From Synechococcus sp. (GTDB taxonomy: Bacteria; Cyanobacteriota; Cyanobacteriia; Thermostichales; PCC-7336), in assembly GCA_051439605.1 (NCBI GenBank), contig JBFRWN010000044.1, positions 96,249 to 160,248 of the forward strand: DNA of 64,000 nt. The letters run 5' to 3'. A program made the position numbers and the translations under genes. The notes under the pieces were generated by a model that searched no databases, was not told where the DNA came from, and saw nothing but the letters and a program-made list of their open reading frames with translations. Positions 41,587-52,137 of this stretch are shown piece by piece (position 1 is the stretch's first letter; each line of letters opens with the position of its first letter).

Positions 41587-42741
41587 TTACCGTTTCTTAA
41601 GATGTAAAGAGACATGGATGATTTGCTGAAGAGATTCGGGAACTTCTAAATAGATTGCATTCGCAATCTCTCCGAAAATAGTTGCTAAAGAACCAGGATA
41701 TATCATAATTGACAAGCCATATTTAACAAGACAAGCAGTCAGAGCAAGCTCTTCGATTAAATATTGGCGAGACAATTCTACAAAGTTTTCGAAATTGTCA
41801 GCATTCCGTTCGATGTGCCGAAGTGTAAAGTCATCGGCACAAGCTTTAACTGAAAGGGCAAATCTGCTATCTTGGGCAACTAAATCTTCTATTCGCTTGA
41901 GATTTTTATAATACTCATCTGAATTTTCGATCTCTGAAGCACAGATCGTATCGATATGGCAGGTGTCTGCATGTCGTTCAAAGATGCCGCTTGACTTGTC
42001 TATGAATTCTCTCCCGAGAAGCAGTGCTTTGGTACGTGCTCGCCTTTCGCCAATACCTCTGTGGATTTGCAATGTATATTGATGAATGCTATCAGCAATA
42101 AATACCGTGCATCTCTTGTAATGATTTGCGATCCAATCTACTGTTGCTATCAACCTTGGCATTGAAAATTTTTTGTTTTCTAAACTTACTCCTAAAAAGC
42201 AATGTTCGTTCTGATTAAGCTTTTTCCGAGCAGTATTCGGAATAACATTGCTCACCAGTGCGCGATATCTAGAGCGAGTTAAAAAGGATATTTCCTGTCG
42301 CGGTTTTATCAGCTTTTCGTATTCTCTATACTCCATTCTCAAGAGATGTCGGTAAGACCCTAGATAACAGGAAATTTCTTGATTTTGGAGCAAATCTTGC
42401 GCAAGTATGGTTTCCATCTGATAGATATTTCCGAAGGGGGGGATGGTACCATACTCGCACCCGGGAAATAACTGGCTAGCTTCTTGTCGATCGATCAACC
42501 TAACCTGGGTTGTCCCTAAAGCTTTTTGAAGAGATCCCAAATTAATTGCTAAACTCGCGGGGATCACCACCATAGCTTTGTGATGATGTTCGATTTCTAC
42601 GATTACAGCTTCAATTAGCTCCATTCCTAACATGGATTTATAGTCCGAAAGTTCCTGCTCTGTACAAGCTGGTGAATGTTCGATCGTTATATATTTGATC
42701 TTGTTCTGATTTAAAACATCCTGGACTTTCTGAATCATCAT
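41587..42741 (-). CDS. Fusion of a YbaK/ProX aminoacyl-tRNA editing domain to a tRNA-dependent cyclodipeptide synthase (XYP subfamily, BcmA-like)
   Basis: Residues about 1-148: HSPACTEQE, MVVIPAS..INL..L, FPGCEYGTIPPFGNIY (GxxxP loop). Residues about 158-384: HCFLGVSLEN (catalytic Ser), CTVFIADSIH, ALLLGREF, SRQYLIEELA (Tyr/Glu), MIYPGS, VSLHLKKR. Confidence 0.88.
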   Translation of the reverse strand: MMIQKVQDVLNQNKIKYITIEHSPACTEQELSDYKSMLGMELIEAVIVEIEHHHKAMVVIPASLAINLGSLQKALGTTQVRLIDRQEASQLFPGCEYGTIPPFGNIYQMETILAQDLLQNQEISCYLGSYRHLLRMEYREYEKLIKPRQEISFLTRSRYRALVSNVIPNTARKKLNQNEHCFLGVSLENKKFSMPRLIATVDWIANHYKRCTVFIADSIHQYTLQIHRGIGERRARTKALLLGREFIDKSSGIFERHADTCHIDTICASEIENSDEYYKNLKRIEDLVAQDSRFALSVKACADDFTLRHIERNADNFENFVELSRQYLIEELALTACLVKYGLSIMIYPGSLATIFGEIANAIYLEVPESLQQIIHVSLHLKKR

Positions 42742-42753
42742 GACCGATAAATT

Positions 42754-45700
42754 CTATATGTCGTGACAGACTTCTAGTTCTTTTTTGGCTTCGGGATGCG
42801 TGGCTAGATAATCCTTTAGCCAATTGCATCCCTTGTCTATGAGTTCCTCGTAGCTGGCAATTGGCCACAGATAAGCAATTCCATTGGCTGAAGCAGTGAC
42901 TATCTGTTCTCCATCGGGACTGAAGCTGGCGCTATGGACTGCATCGCCTTGATGATCCGTAAAAAGAGGGAATAGTTTGCCCTGCAAGTCCCACTGGCGA
43001 ACGGAGCCATCTGCCGAGCCAGTGAGCAAATGCTTCCCATCGTGACTGAAACTGACGCTATGGACTGCACCTTCGTGGCCAGCGAATTCTTCTTGCAGTT
43101 GATTGGTCTTTAAGTTCCACAGGCGAGCAGTTTTATCCGCCGATCCAGTCAATAGATAGTCTCCTTCAGGACTAAAGCTAACGCTCCAGATCCAGCCTGT
43201 ATGGCCTGGGAATTCTTGCACTTGATTGCCCTGCAAGTCCCACAGTCGTGCCGTGCCGTCAGCCGATCCTGTCGCAACCTGCTGCCCGTCAGGACTGAAT
43301 TGTACACTCCATACCTCAGTCTTCTCGCCGACGACAGTTGCGAGTTCTATCACGTCTGCAACGTCTATAACCTCCCCTTGTGGACGATCTGGCAAGTCAT
43401 AGATACGAACCGTGCCGTCAGACGAGCCAGTGACTAACTGCTGACCGTTGGGGCTAAAATCGACCCCCCAGACCCAATCCTTGTGACCAATAAATGTGGC
43501 TAGCTGATTCCCTTCTAAGTCCCACAAGCGGGCGCTACCATCTGCCGATCCGGTTGCAAGCTGCAGTTCGTTGGGGCTAAAACTCACCTCCAGTACCGTT
43601 CCCTCATGGCCGATAAAATTCGCTTGCTGATTCCCCTGCAAGTCCCATAAACGAGCGGTGCTATCTGCCGAACCTGTGGCTAGTTGCTGCCCGTTGGGGC
43701 TGAAACTGGCGCTATAGATGAGACCCGAATGACCGATGAACTTAACCTGCTGCATATTCTTCAAGTTCCACAGTCGAGCAATGCCATCGGTCGAACCCGT
43801 TGCAAGCTGCTCTCCATTGGGACTGAACTCAACGCTCCAAACTTGGCCACGATGCCCTCTAAATTCTTCAAGTTGATCTCCCCGTAAGTTCCACAGGCGA
43901 GCTGTGCCGTCTTCCGAGCTTGTCACTAATTGCTGGCCATCCGAGCGGAACCGGATGTTATAAACCGGCCCACGGTGACCTCTCAATTCTTTCACTAGAG
44001 CACCCTGTAAATTCCACAGGCGAGCTCTTCCATCTTCTGCGCCGGTTGCTAACTGTTGCCCATCGGGACTGAAATTCACACTGTAGACTGCACCTTCGTG
44101 GCCTGTAAATTCGATCGAGCGATCGCCCTCGATATCCCACAGACGGGCGGTGCCACCTGCCGAACCCGTTGCGAGATACTTTCCATCGGGACTAAAGTTG
44201 ACACTCCAAATCCAGCCGTTGCTATCTGAGTATTCATGCAGGAGGTTGCCCTCTAAGTCCCACAGACAAGCTGTACCGTTATCCGAACCGGTAGCCCACT
44301 GCTGACCATCGGGGCTAAAACTAATGCTCAAGACTTTGCCCTGAAGGTCCTTAGTGAATTGAATCAATCGATCGCCCTGTAAGTCCCACAGGCGAGCCGT
44401 ACCATCCCACGATCCAGTCGCTAGGTACTGACCATCGGGACTGAAACTGACAGTCTGGACTCTGTCCAGATGGCCTTCTAACTCTCGCAGTAGATTGCCC
44501 CGTAAATCCCATAAGCGGGCCACACCATCTTGCGAGCCGGTAGCCAGCTGCTGACCATCGGGACTGAAACTGACACTCCAGATTTCACTCTCAAGGGGTT
44601 GAAATTGATTGCGTTCTTCAATCCCGTAAAGAATTTTCCCCAGTGCCATCACAACCGTCGGTGCTTGTGCAAGTAGATTTTTTCCTTCACCCATTCTTTG
44701 TGCAGACTGCATTGACATCAGCAAGGCTTTTAACTGTGAAGAGGTCTCGAACTCGCGCAAAGCCTCTAACCCCTCCCGTTCCAGTTTCAATGCGCGCAGT
44801 CTAGATTGACTTTCCCTAAAGACCAGTCCTCCGACTATGGTTGAGACTGTCAGACCGATCAAGAGTACTGCCGTCGCTTGTTGAAGCCGCTGCTTTGCCT
44901 TGCGAGAAGCATTATTGACGTGTTCTAGTGTTTTATTCGCTTGTTCCAGGCTTTGGTTGACTCGTTCCAGTTTTTGATTGGCTTTTTCTACTTTTTCCTT
45001 AGCGTGGCGTAATTTCTCTTTCGCATCTTGTTCCGCCTTCTTTGCTCGACGCTCGCTCTTCAACGCTGTTTCAATGTCCTGTTTCTCTCGTTCCCGACTG
45101 GCATCTAAAAACTGATTGTCGTCATCGCTCAAGCTTTTCCCCTTTGCCCATACCTTCGCCTGCTGCAATGCCTCGCCCCGCAACAGACAGGTATCATCCT
45201 GGCGGTTGGAGGCAAGCCAAGCATTGAGGAATGCAGCATAGGGGCGCAGGTTCGCCAATTCCCCTGCCACCCAGTCCAAGTCAAAAATGGCCTGGTAGAT
45301 AGGATTGCGGGAGCGGATTTTATCCCGATCCTTCACCACCAACCCCGACAGGCGCAGGTCAATCTCCTCCAGACTTTCCGTAGCGCTAACTTCCCCCTGT
45401 TGCAGCACCCGTTCGTAAAGAGCCAGGATGCGCCCTTTACGGGGGTTAGGATTGCTCAAATCCTCTCTTAGCAGGCGATCGCGAATAGTCTTCAGGTGCT
45501 CGGGAACATCCTGTGCCTCCCACTTGTAAAGGATGCGATCGCGCACCAATTGGGCTACCCGGTCTAGCTCTTCCCCAGCAGCGATGGGGGACTCGGACGA
45601 TTGAACCAACCAGCATAGCTTCTGAACGAGGAACGGCTGTCCCCCCGTCCAGGCCAAAATCTCTCGCAACACCGCTTCGGGATTGGCCGCTTTCCCCCTC

Positions 45701-46398
45701 AATCCCTTTTTCAGGGGTTCCTGAACCTCCTCAAACGTAAAGCCAGCTAGATCGATCGCCCGCCCGATGTTGAAGGGGGTACGCGCCTTATCCTGAATCA
45801 AGTCCGACGGATTAGCTACACCAATGAGGGCAAAGGTGAGGCGGCGGAAGGCGGGCTTGTCCGTGCGCGCGTTATAGCAAGAGCGGATGAAGGCAAAGAA
45901 GTCATCCCGCGAGAAGCCCTTTAGGCTGAGAACGCTATCGATTTCATCGATGAAAATGGCGATGGGCTGCTGCACTTCCACCAGCAGTACCGTTTCGATA
46001 AAGCAGCCTAAAAGTTCCACCAGGGTGAAAGAGTCCCTCTCCCTAAGCCAACTACGAAGGTTAATCTTCTCCCCCAAATCAAAACTCCTCGTTAGGTGGC
46101 GAATGACCGCCGAGTACCATTTTTTGGGGGTTACGTCCTGACTGCTACCGATACTGCTGAGGTCGATTGCCGCACAGGCTACCCCCTCCCGTTGCAGCCG
46201 TTGCATCACCTGCACCCGCACGCTCGATTTCCCCATCTGGCGAGAGTTGAACAGGTAGCAGAACTTCCCGGCCCTGACTGTTTCGTAGAGCTCTCGATCC
46301 GCCTGTCGTTCGACGTAGGTGGGATCGTCTGCCAGCAAGCTACCCCCGACATGGTAGTCAACTGAAGGAGGGGAAGGATAAATGGCGGGAAAATTCAT
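42754..46398 (-). CDS. AAA_35-type STAND NTPase-coiled coil-TM-14xWD40 protein
   Basis: [27 protein letters not shown] Walker A, IFIDEIDS Walker [16 protein letters not shown], coiled coil, TM helix [18 protein letters not shown], 14 countable WD40 repeats. Confidence 0.93.
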   Translation of the reverse strand: MNFPAIYPSPPSVDYHVGGSLLADDPTYVERQADRELYETVRAGKFCYLFNSRQMGKSSVRVQVMQRLQREGVACAAIDLSSIGSSQDVTPKKWYSAVIRHLTRSFDLGEKINLRSWLRERDSFTLVELLGCFIETVLLVEVQQPIAIFIDEIDSVLSLKGFSRDDFFAFIRSCYNARTDKPAFRRLTFALIGVANPSDLIQDKARTPFNIGRAIDLAGFTFEEVQEPLKKGLRGKAANPEAVLREILAWTGGQPFLVQKLCWLVQSSESPIAAGEELDRVAQLVRDRILYKWEAQDVPEHLKTIRDRLLREDLSNPNPRKGRILALYERVLQQGEVSATESLEEIDLRLSGLVVKDRDKIRSRNPIYQAIFDLDWVAGELANLRPYAAFLNAWLASNRQDDTCLLRGEALQQAKVWAKGKSLSDDDNQFLDASREREKQDIETALKSERRAKKAEQDAKEKLRHAKEKVEKANQKLERVNQSLEQANKTLEHVNNASRKAKQRLQQATAVLLIGLTVSTIVGGLVFRESQSRLRALKLEREGLEALREFETSSQLKALLMSMQSAQRMGEGKNLLAQAPTVVMALGKILYGIEERNQFQPLESEIWSVSFSPDGQQLATGSQDGVARLWDLRGNLLRELEGHLDRVQTVSFSPDGQYLATGSWDGTARLWDLQGDRLIQFTKDLQGKVLSISFSPDGQQWATGSDNGTACLWDLEGNLLHEYSDSNGWIWSVNFSPDGKYLATGSAGGTARLWDIEGDRSIEFTGHEGAVYSVNFSPDGQQLATGAEDGRARLWNLQGALVKELRGHRGPVYNIRFRSDGQQLVTSSEDGTARLWNLRGDQLEEFRGHRGQVWSVEFSPNGEQLATGSTDGIARLWNLKNMQQVKFIGHSGLIYSASFSPNGQQLATGSADSTARLWDLQGNQQANFIGHEGTVLEVSFSPNELQLATGSADGSARLWDLEGNQLATFIGHKDWVWGVDFSPNGQQLVTGSSDGTVRIYDLPDRPQGEVIDVADVIELATVVGEKTEVWSVQFSPDGQQVATGSADGTARLWDLQGNQVQEFPGHTGWIWSVSFSPEGDYLLTGSADKTARLWNLKTNQLQEEFAGHEGAVHSVSFSHDGKHLLTGSADGSVRQWDLQGKLFPLFTDHQGDAVHSASFSPDGEQIVTASANGIAYLWPIASYEELIDKGCNWLKDYLATHPEAKKELEVCHDI

Positions 46399-46475
46399 CG
46401 TTCTCAAACAAGGGTAGGGAATTGAACGCTGTGTTTGGGAGCAAGGGATGTCTCAGTTCGTCTTGAACCTATTCC

Positions 46476-48395
46476 CTACGTCCGACTTGCTAGGCGCTCG
46501 CGGAAGTACTGCCGATACAGTTCGGAGCGAGGCGAAACTTCGTTGCCTTCAAAATTGACCAATCCCAGACGATTCAGCTTGAATTCAAATTCGGGCTCTA
46601 AGCAAACAGGCTCAGAAGCCGTGACTACTGTTTGCATTGCTGCCAGCAAATCGGGATGCCTTTTAAGATTTCGAAGATGTCGTCTGAGATGATTTCCATA
46701 GAGTCCTGCATCTGTTGAGGCAGTCTCTAGCAGTTGGTCAAAGTTGAGCCCTTGGCATGCAAGATGGTAAAGGGCAACTCGAATCAGATAAGGATGTCCG
46801 CCAATCACCGCCATCAGGCGATCGACCTGCTCGCTTGTCCAATTGAGTCCGTATCGATGGGCTAAATCCAACACTTGCTCGGGGGTGAATTCAGGTAAAG
46901 AAATTTCGATTCCTACGTTAAAAGGGGAGGAGTTGGTGTCCATCACAACATAGACTTCTGTGGAATAGGCGAGGATTAATCTCACTTTGGACCAGATGCT
47001 ATGTGTTTTAGATTGCTCGTGCCAGTAACGAAGCAGTTTGAGAAAATCTTTAGCGACTCGGTGTTGGTAGAAAAGACTATCAATATCGTCAAGAGCTAAT
47101 ACCAGAGGACCGTCAACTTTTGGAAGCAGACATTCCTCAAAGTATTGCGAACAGTTGACATTGGGACCAAAGAATTCTTCATCCCAATATTCGTTGATTT
47201 TCTTAGGAGAGATACCCAGTTCTCGACTCACTAACGCACAGAAGCGGCGCAGAAGTTGGTTGAGATTCGAACATACGCTCTCTTCAAATTGAGTGAAAGA
47301 CAGTAAAATAGTGCGATAGCCTTGCTTTTGCGCATAGTCAAGAATCCTGACCATTAAAGATGTTTTGCCCATATCGAGGGGGGCTTTTAGCCGAATCAGA
47401 GCTGCTCGCTTGACAATCTCTCGATAGCAGCGGTTTTCAAGCTCCGCTCGCGCGAGGTAAAACGCTGATCCTAAGGCTACGTGCCCTCTGGGATCGTCCT
47501 GACAAAACTCGTTGGGGGATGGAATGGGGAAAACGGTTTCCTCGGCGGAACGAGCGATCGCATCCCGAACAGCTTGTAGAGCTTCAGCCGCAGTCTGGTA
47601 TCGCTGGCGGTAGTCCTGGCGCACCATCTTGTCTAGAATCGCGGCCAGTCCGGGGGAAATGACAGCCCGTTCTTTTAACAGCGCACACCGATATTCCTGC
47701 GTCTCTGGGGTCTGGGGGAAATTATTCGGAGTCAAGCCAGTTAGAGCTTGCAAGCAGACCAGTCCCGCAGCGTACAGATCGCTGCTGTAGTGGGGATTGC
47801 CCATCAATTGCTCCCTCGGTGTATAGCCGGGGGAGCCTATGGGAACAGACCGTTGGGACGCTCCATTACCATTGGTGCCAAGGTTTTGGAGATCTTTGAC
47901 TGCCCCAAAATCGATCAGGACAATTTTGCCATCACTGGCTCGCCGAATGAGATTGCTGGGCTTGATGTCTCGGTGAATGGCGTTCTGGGAGTGGACAAAT
48001 ACCAACACCTGCAAAATATCTTCGAGGAGAGCGATCGCCGCCTGCTGACTGAGTGGCTCTCCTTCTACCAGTTCCCGAGCCAGGGGGTGTCCCCGCACGT
48101 AATCCTCCACGAGATAGAAATTCCCCGATTCCTCAAAGTGAGCTAGAAGTCTCGGAATTTGGTCGTGCTCTCCCAACCGGTAAAGGCTTTTCGCCTCATC
48201 ATCAAATTTGCGCTTCGCCAGATCGAAGACTTTGGGTTCTTTGGGTTTGAGTTTCTTGACAACACAGAAAGGGTTGCCTGGTAAGTGGCGGTCTTTCGCA
48301 ATATACGTTTGCCCAAAGCCCCCTGCGCCTAACTGTTTGACAATTTCGTAACGATTAGCCAGTACTTCAACCATAGAATTCTTACCATTTGTCAA
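46476..48395 (-). CDS. Pkn2-type Ser/Thr protein kinase fused to an AAA_35-type STAND domain
   Basis: LGAGGFGQTY, VVKKL, HRDIKPSN, DFG, SDLYA; then GHVALGSAFY, KAPLDMGKTS, LALDDID, SPFNVG, GGHPYL. Alternative start ATG 48374. Confidence 0.93.
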   Translation of the reverse strand: MTNGKNSMVEVLANRYEIVKQLGAGGFGQTYIAKDRHLPGNPFCVVKKLKPKEPKVFDLAKRKFDDEAKSLYRLGEHDQIPRLLAHFEESGNFYLVEDYVRGHPLARELVEGEPLSQQAAIALLEDILQVLVFVHSQNAIHRDIKPSNLIRRASDGKIVLIDFGAVKDLQNLGTNGNGASQRSVPIGSPGYTPREQLMGNPHYSSDLYAAGLVCLQALTGLTPNNFPQTPETQEYRCALLKERAVISPGLAAILDKMVRQDYRQRYQTAAEALQAVRDAIARSAEETVFPIPSPNEFCQDDPRGHVALGSAFYLARAELENRCYREIVKRAALIRLKAPLDMGKTSLMVRILDYAQKQGYRTILLSFTQFEESVCSNLNQLLRRFCALVSRELGISPKKINEYWDEEFFGPNVNCSQYFEECLLPKVDGPLVLALDDIDSLFYQHRVAKDFLKLLRYWHEQSKTHSIWSKVRLILAYSTEVYVVMDTNSSPFNVGIEISLPEFTPEQVLDLAHRYGLNWTSEQVDRLMAVIGGHPYLIRVALYHLACQGLNFDQLLETASTDAGLYGNHLRRHLRNLKRHPDLLAAMQTVVTASEPVCLEPEFEFKLNRLGLVNFEGNEVSPRSELYRQYFRERLASRT

Positions 48396-48860
48396 AATCG
48401 CAATATCCTACTTTCACAATGAAGTTTATTTTGATCGTCACCGTCCAAGAAATCTTCGCTCTAAAGTCGGTCTCAAACCCATTCAATTACCAAATTTTGC
48501 ATGGTTTCAGAAGCAAAAACTTCTCGTATAGAATAGGATTGTCCTGCTAAAAACAATAATAAATGATTTGAAATTCAAAAGCTGACTATACATGGATCAT
48601 TACGCAAAGAAAGTTTTCTCCTGGAGGTTTCTTGGACTAAGCAATGTCTTTCGAAGTGTTGAAGTGTCTTCACTCCATCAAAAGAGAGATACCTCTAGTA
48701 TCGCCTAGCCTCTAAGCCGAGCAATTTAAATCATACAAATTGAAATCTTTTAATCTTTGCTCCTACTTATGTCAATCCCCTAATGCGTTGCTGGAACCAA
48801 ATTTTCCCTGTCCAACCAGCCAGGGCTCGTTGGACGATCGAACAACAGCGTTCTAGCGAA

Positions 48861-49763
48861 TCATTTGGCTAAGGCTTCAAACCCTCCCACAATATCGAGC
48901 AGTTCGGCTGTAATCGAATTTTGCCGTTGGCGGTGATATTGAGTTTTCAAATCAGAGAGACGCTCTTCGATATTCTTTTCCGCAGACTGCATCGCAAACA
49001 TGCGACTAGCATTTTCACTGGCTAAAGACGCTGCGAATGCCCGGTACAGACTGACAAAGAAATACTCCCGAATTAACTCGGAGAATAGCTGTCCGCGCTC
49101 CATTGTAAATGTGGGGATGGTTTGGGAATGCCACTCCTGTTCTTGCAAGTGATGCAGCCAGCTCGAATCAATGGGAAACAACTGCAAAGAGGAGGGTTGA
49201 TAGGTTGCTGCTGTCAGGGGATGGTTGTAGAACAGCAAAATCCGTTCGAGCTGCAGCTGCGATCGCCATCGCTCGATACAAAACAGCAGATCCTGTACTG
49301 CTGGCATAATTTCTGTGACTGAGTTCGGTACCGCAAACGTCTCCGCCACCGTATACCCCCGCTGTTCCAGAGGGGCGTGGACTCTTGCTCCCACAGCAGC
49401 GATCGACACCTGCATCGGGACTAAGTTAAATAGGTTCAACCGTTCTGTTGTGAAGGTGGCGATCCGCTCATCAAATTGACCGCACAGCCCCCGATCGGAT
49501 CCCCAAACAATAGCCCCCACTTTTCCTGCCGCTACAGCGCTAAGGGGTAACGACTCCGCTCTAGCTTGCTCGGAAAATCGTTGTTCCTGGAGCACAATTT
49601 GGAGTCCCATTTCCACCGTGCAGCCGTAATCCTGGAGGGATTCCACCGCCTTGCGGTACTGCAGGATGCTGACAGATGCCAGCGCCTTCATCGTTTTGAC
49701 AATAGCTTGCAAGTCTTCAACACTCTCGATCTTGGCTTGTAGCGCTTCTGGCGTCAGTCCCAT
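48861..49763 (-). CDS. atpG: N-ATPase F1 subunit gamma
   Basis: DLQAIVKTMKALA, GSDRGLCGQF, SLASENASRM.AMQSAEKNI, RQNSITAELLDIVGGFEAL. Confidence 0.95.
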   Translation of the reverse strand: MGLTPEALQAKIESVEDLQAIVKTMKALASVSILQYRKAVESLQDYGCTVEMGLQIVLQEQRFSEQARAESLPLSAVAAGKVGAIVWGSDRGLCGQFDERIATFTTERLNLFNLVPMQVSIAAVGARVHAPLEQRGYTVAETFAVPNSVTEIMPAVQDLLFCIERWRSQLQLERILLFYNHPLTAATYQPSSLQLFPIDSSWLHHLQEQEWHSQTIPTFTMERGQLFSELIREYFFVSLYRAFAASLASENASRMFAMQSAEKNIEERLSDLKTQYHRQRQNSITAELLDIVGGFEALAK

Positions 49764-49769
49764 CTCTCC

Positions 49770-51347
49770 CTAACCTCCCTTGCCCTTGGGTTCAAACGGG
49801 GTAACTGCTTTGCGGGCTCGTTCAAGGAGCTGTTGACGATCGTCATGCTCCAGAGGATGGCCCGCCTCGATCCGATCGCAAAGCTGAGGGAGTTGCTCGA
49901 TGACGGCCTTGCTGGTAGCAGCAGCAGCGGCATCAACTCGATCGAGAGGAATGCGATCGAACACCCCTGTGCTAGCGGCCAAGAGGATCGCGATTTGCGC
50001 CTCCGCAGACAGCGGTTGAGATTGGGGTTGCTTCAGCACCTCTCGCACCCGTCGTCCCCGTTCTAACCTGTGACGGGTTTCTGTATCCAGTTGGGTGCCG
50101 AAGCGAGCAAAGACTTCCACCTCTTGGAATTGGGAGTAGGACAGGCGCAAGTTGCCAGCAAAAGCGCGATAGGCAGGCAGTTGGGTTTTTCCACCCACCC
50201 GCGAGACGGACTTGCCCACATCGATCGCTGGCAAAATCCCCTGTTGAAATAGCTCGGGGGACAAATAGAGTTGACCGTCAGCGATCGAAATCAGATTAGT
50301 GGGAATATAGGCCGCAATATTCTGGGCCTGCGTTTCTGCAATGGGTAATGCAGTTAGCGACCCCCCTCCTAACTCCTCTTTGAGTCGGGTGGAGCGCTCC
50401 AGCAATCGGGAATGCAAGTAGAAAACATCCCCCGGATAGGCTTCTCGACCCGGAGGACGGCGCAGCAGTAGGGACAGCTCGCGATAGACCCAGGCATGTC
50501 GAGTTAAGTCGTCGTAGACAATCAGTACATCCCGCCCTCGCTCCATAAAGTACTCAGCCATACTGGTGGCAGCGTAAGGGGTGATGTATTGCAGACCGGG
50601 CGGGTCTTCGCCGGTGGCGACTACCGCCGTGCAATAGTCCATTGCTCCGCGATCGCGCAGATCGGCGATCGCTTTGGCAACACTCGACGACCGTTGGCCG
50701 ATGGCGCAATAGACGCAGATCACATCCTTGTGCCTTTGGTTAATGATGGTGTCCAACGCCACCGCTGTCTTACCGGTTTGGCGATCGCCCACAATCAGCT
50801 CCCGCTGGCCTCGACCGATGGGAATGAGGGCATCCACCACCTTGAGTCCGGTTTGCAGGGGCACTTGAACGGGAGCCCGATCCATAAACGGTGGAGCGGG
50901 TTGTTCGGAGGGGCGGCGGAACTGTGCTTTCAGCGGTCCCAAATTGTCCAGCGGGCGACCGAGGGCATCCACTACTCGACCCAAGAGTGCTTCACCGACG
51001 GGAACATCCAAGATGCGGCCGGTGCGCTGCACCTTGTCCCCAACGGCGAGGGTATCGCTTGGCCCCAGCAATACAGTCCCCAAACTGTCTGCATCAAAGT
51101 TAAAGGCAATGCCGTAGATATTATTGGGAAAGCGCACTAGCTCGTCAGCTTTGACATTCGGTAACCCGGAAACCGTGACCACCCCCTCCCCAACAGACTG
51201 GATGCTGCCAACTTCCCGCGAGGTCAGAACCGGTTGATAGCTCTGCAGCGATTGCCGCATTAGCCCGACAGTTTCTTCAAGGGTCGCTTGCAACGGCTGA
51301 CCTTTGCGATCTTTTATTTCATTTGTGTCTTTATATTCCATTGGCAT
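49770..51347 (-). CDS. atpA: N-ATPase F1 subunit alpha
   Basis: [56 protein letters not shown] (N-ATPase-type). Confidence 0.96.
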   Translation of the reverse strand: MPMEYKDTNEIKDRKGQPLQATLEETVGLMRQSLQSYQPVLTSREVGSIQSVGEGVVTVSGLPNVKADELVRFPNNIYGIAFNFDADSLGTVLLGPSDTLAVGDKVQRTGRILDVPVGEALLGRVVDALGRPLDNLGPLKAQFRRPSEQPAPPFMDRAPVQVPLQTGLKVVDALIPIGRGQRELIVGDRQTGKTAVALDTIINQRHKDVICVYCAIGQRSSSVAKAIADLRDRGAMDYCTAVVATGEDPPGLQYITPYAATSMAEYFMERGRDVLIVYDDLTRHAWVYRELSLLLRRPPGREAYPGDVFYLHSRLLERSTRLKEELGGGSLTALPIAETQAQNIAAYIPTNLISIADGQLYLSPELFQQGILPAIDVGKSVSRVGGKTQLPAYRAFAGNLRLSYSQFQEVEVFARFGTQLDTETRHRLERGRRVREVLKQPQSQPLSAEAQIAILLAASTGVFDRIPLDRVDAAAAATSKAVIEQLPQLCDRIEAGHPLEHDDRQQLLERARKAVTPFEPKGKGG

Positions 51348-51350
51348 CCT

Positions 51351-52133
51351 TCATCCCATGTCCAGTGCCTCTCGACGAGCGGCCAAACTGGTGGAGAAGC
51401 GGTCTTCTAAGCTCTCTAAGTAGGACTCCAAACTCCAGGCAATAACGCGATCGCCCACCTGCAATTCAACGCCCGCAATTAACTCGGGGGCGATCGAAAA
51501 TTGCACACCACTGTCCCCAAGCATCTGATGTGCTTGCAGAGCATCGAGCAAGGACTGACGCGTTTTGGAGGACAGCTGGAAGCTACTGCGGATGGCAAGA
51601 TGTCGACCGGGTTCCCGCACGGAGTCTTGCAGCAGCGTTTGCTCGCGCTCGTCCAACATCGCCAGGCGCTCCAGAAAAACCTCTACCACCCGCTGTTCGA
51701 TGTCAACATTGGCAGTGTCTTGTAATGCTCGCCGGGCAATCTCCCAAGCCTCGCGGGCAATCCGTTCCTTCAACGTGACAAGGAATTCATCCCGATCCCG
51801 TTCGAGGGTCTGTTGCCATTCGGCCTGGAGGCGATCGACATCTAGATGTACTTGCTTGACTAAATCCTGGCGCACTTCCTCTGCTGCGGCTTTTGCCTCG
51901 GACAACAGCGTTTTCTGCTGTCGTTCCAAGATTTTCTGTTGCTGGCGGTAATGCTCCGCCTGTCGCTGTGCCTCCACTTTCTGTTGCTCTGCCTCCTGCC
52001 AGCGGGCATCAATGCGGTTCTGGCGCTCTTGCATCGTATGGAGAATGGGACCGTAGAGGAATCGTTTGAGCAATAACACTAAAATAATAAAATTTACGAT
52101 CTGAGCGCAAAATGTGAACCAGTCAATTGCCAC
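51351..52133 (-). CDS. atpF: N-ATPase subunit b (b/delta fusion)
   Basis: IDWFTFCAQIVNFIILVLLLKRFLYGPI anchor, coiled coil, delta-like C-terminus (PELIAGVEL..IAWSLESYL); GTG start at 52133. Confidence 0.92.
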   Translation of the reverse strand: MAIDWFTFCAQIVNFIILVLLLKRFLYGPILHTMQERQNRIDARWQEAEQQKVEAQRQAEHYRQQQKILERQQKTLLSEAKAAAEEVRQDLVKQVHLDVDRLQAEWQQTLERDRDEFLVTLKERIAREAWEIARRALQDTANVDIEQRVVEVFLERLAMLDEREQTLLQDSVREPGRHLAIRSSFQLSSKTRQSLLDALQAHQMLGDSGVQFSIAPELIAGVELQVGDRVIAWSLESYLESLEDRFSTSLAARREALDMG

Positions 52134-52137
52134 AGCA

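Noticed and set aside
41587..42270. Bicyclomycin biosynthetic cluster
   Set aside because: The CDPS is BcmA-like, but none of the bcm dioxygenase, P450 or MFS genes is present, and the product cannot be assigned from sequence by eye.
42790..44600. Nucleotide-level periodicity of about 123 bp as a DNA repeat array or DGR target
   Set aside because: Explained by WD40 protein repeats; no reverse transcriptase or template repeat in the window.
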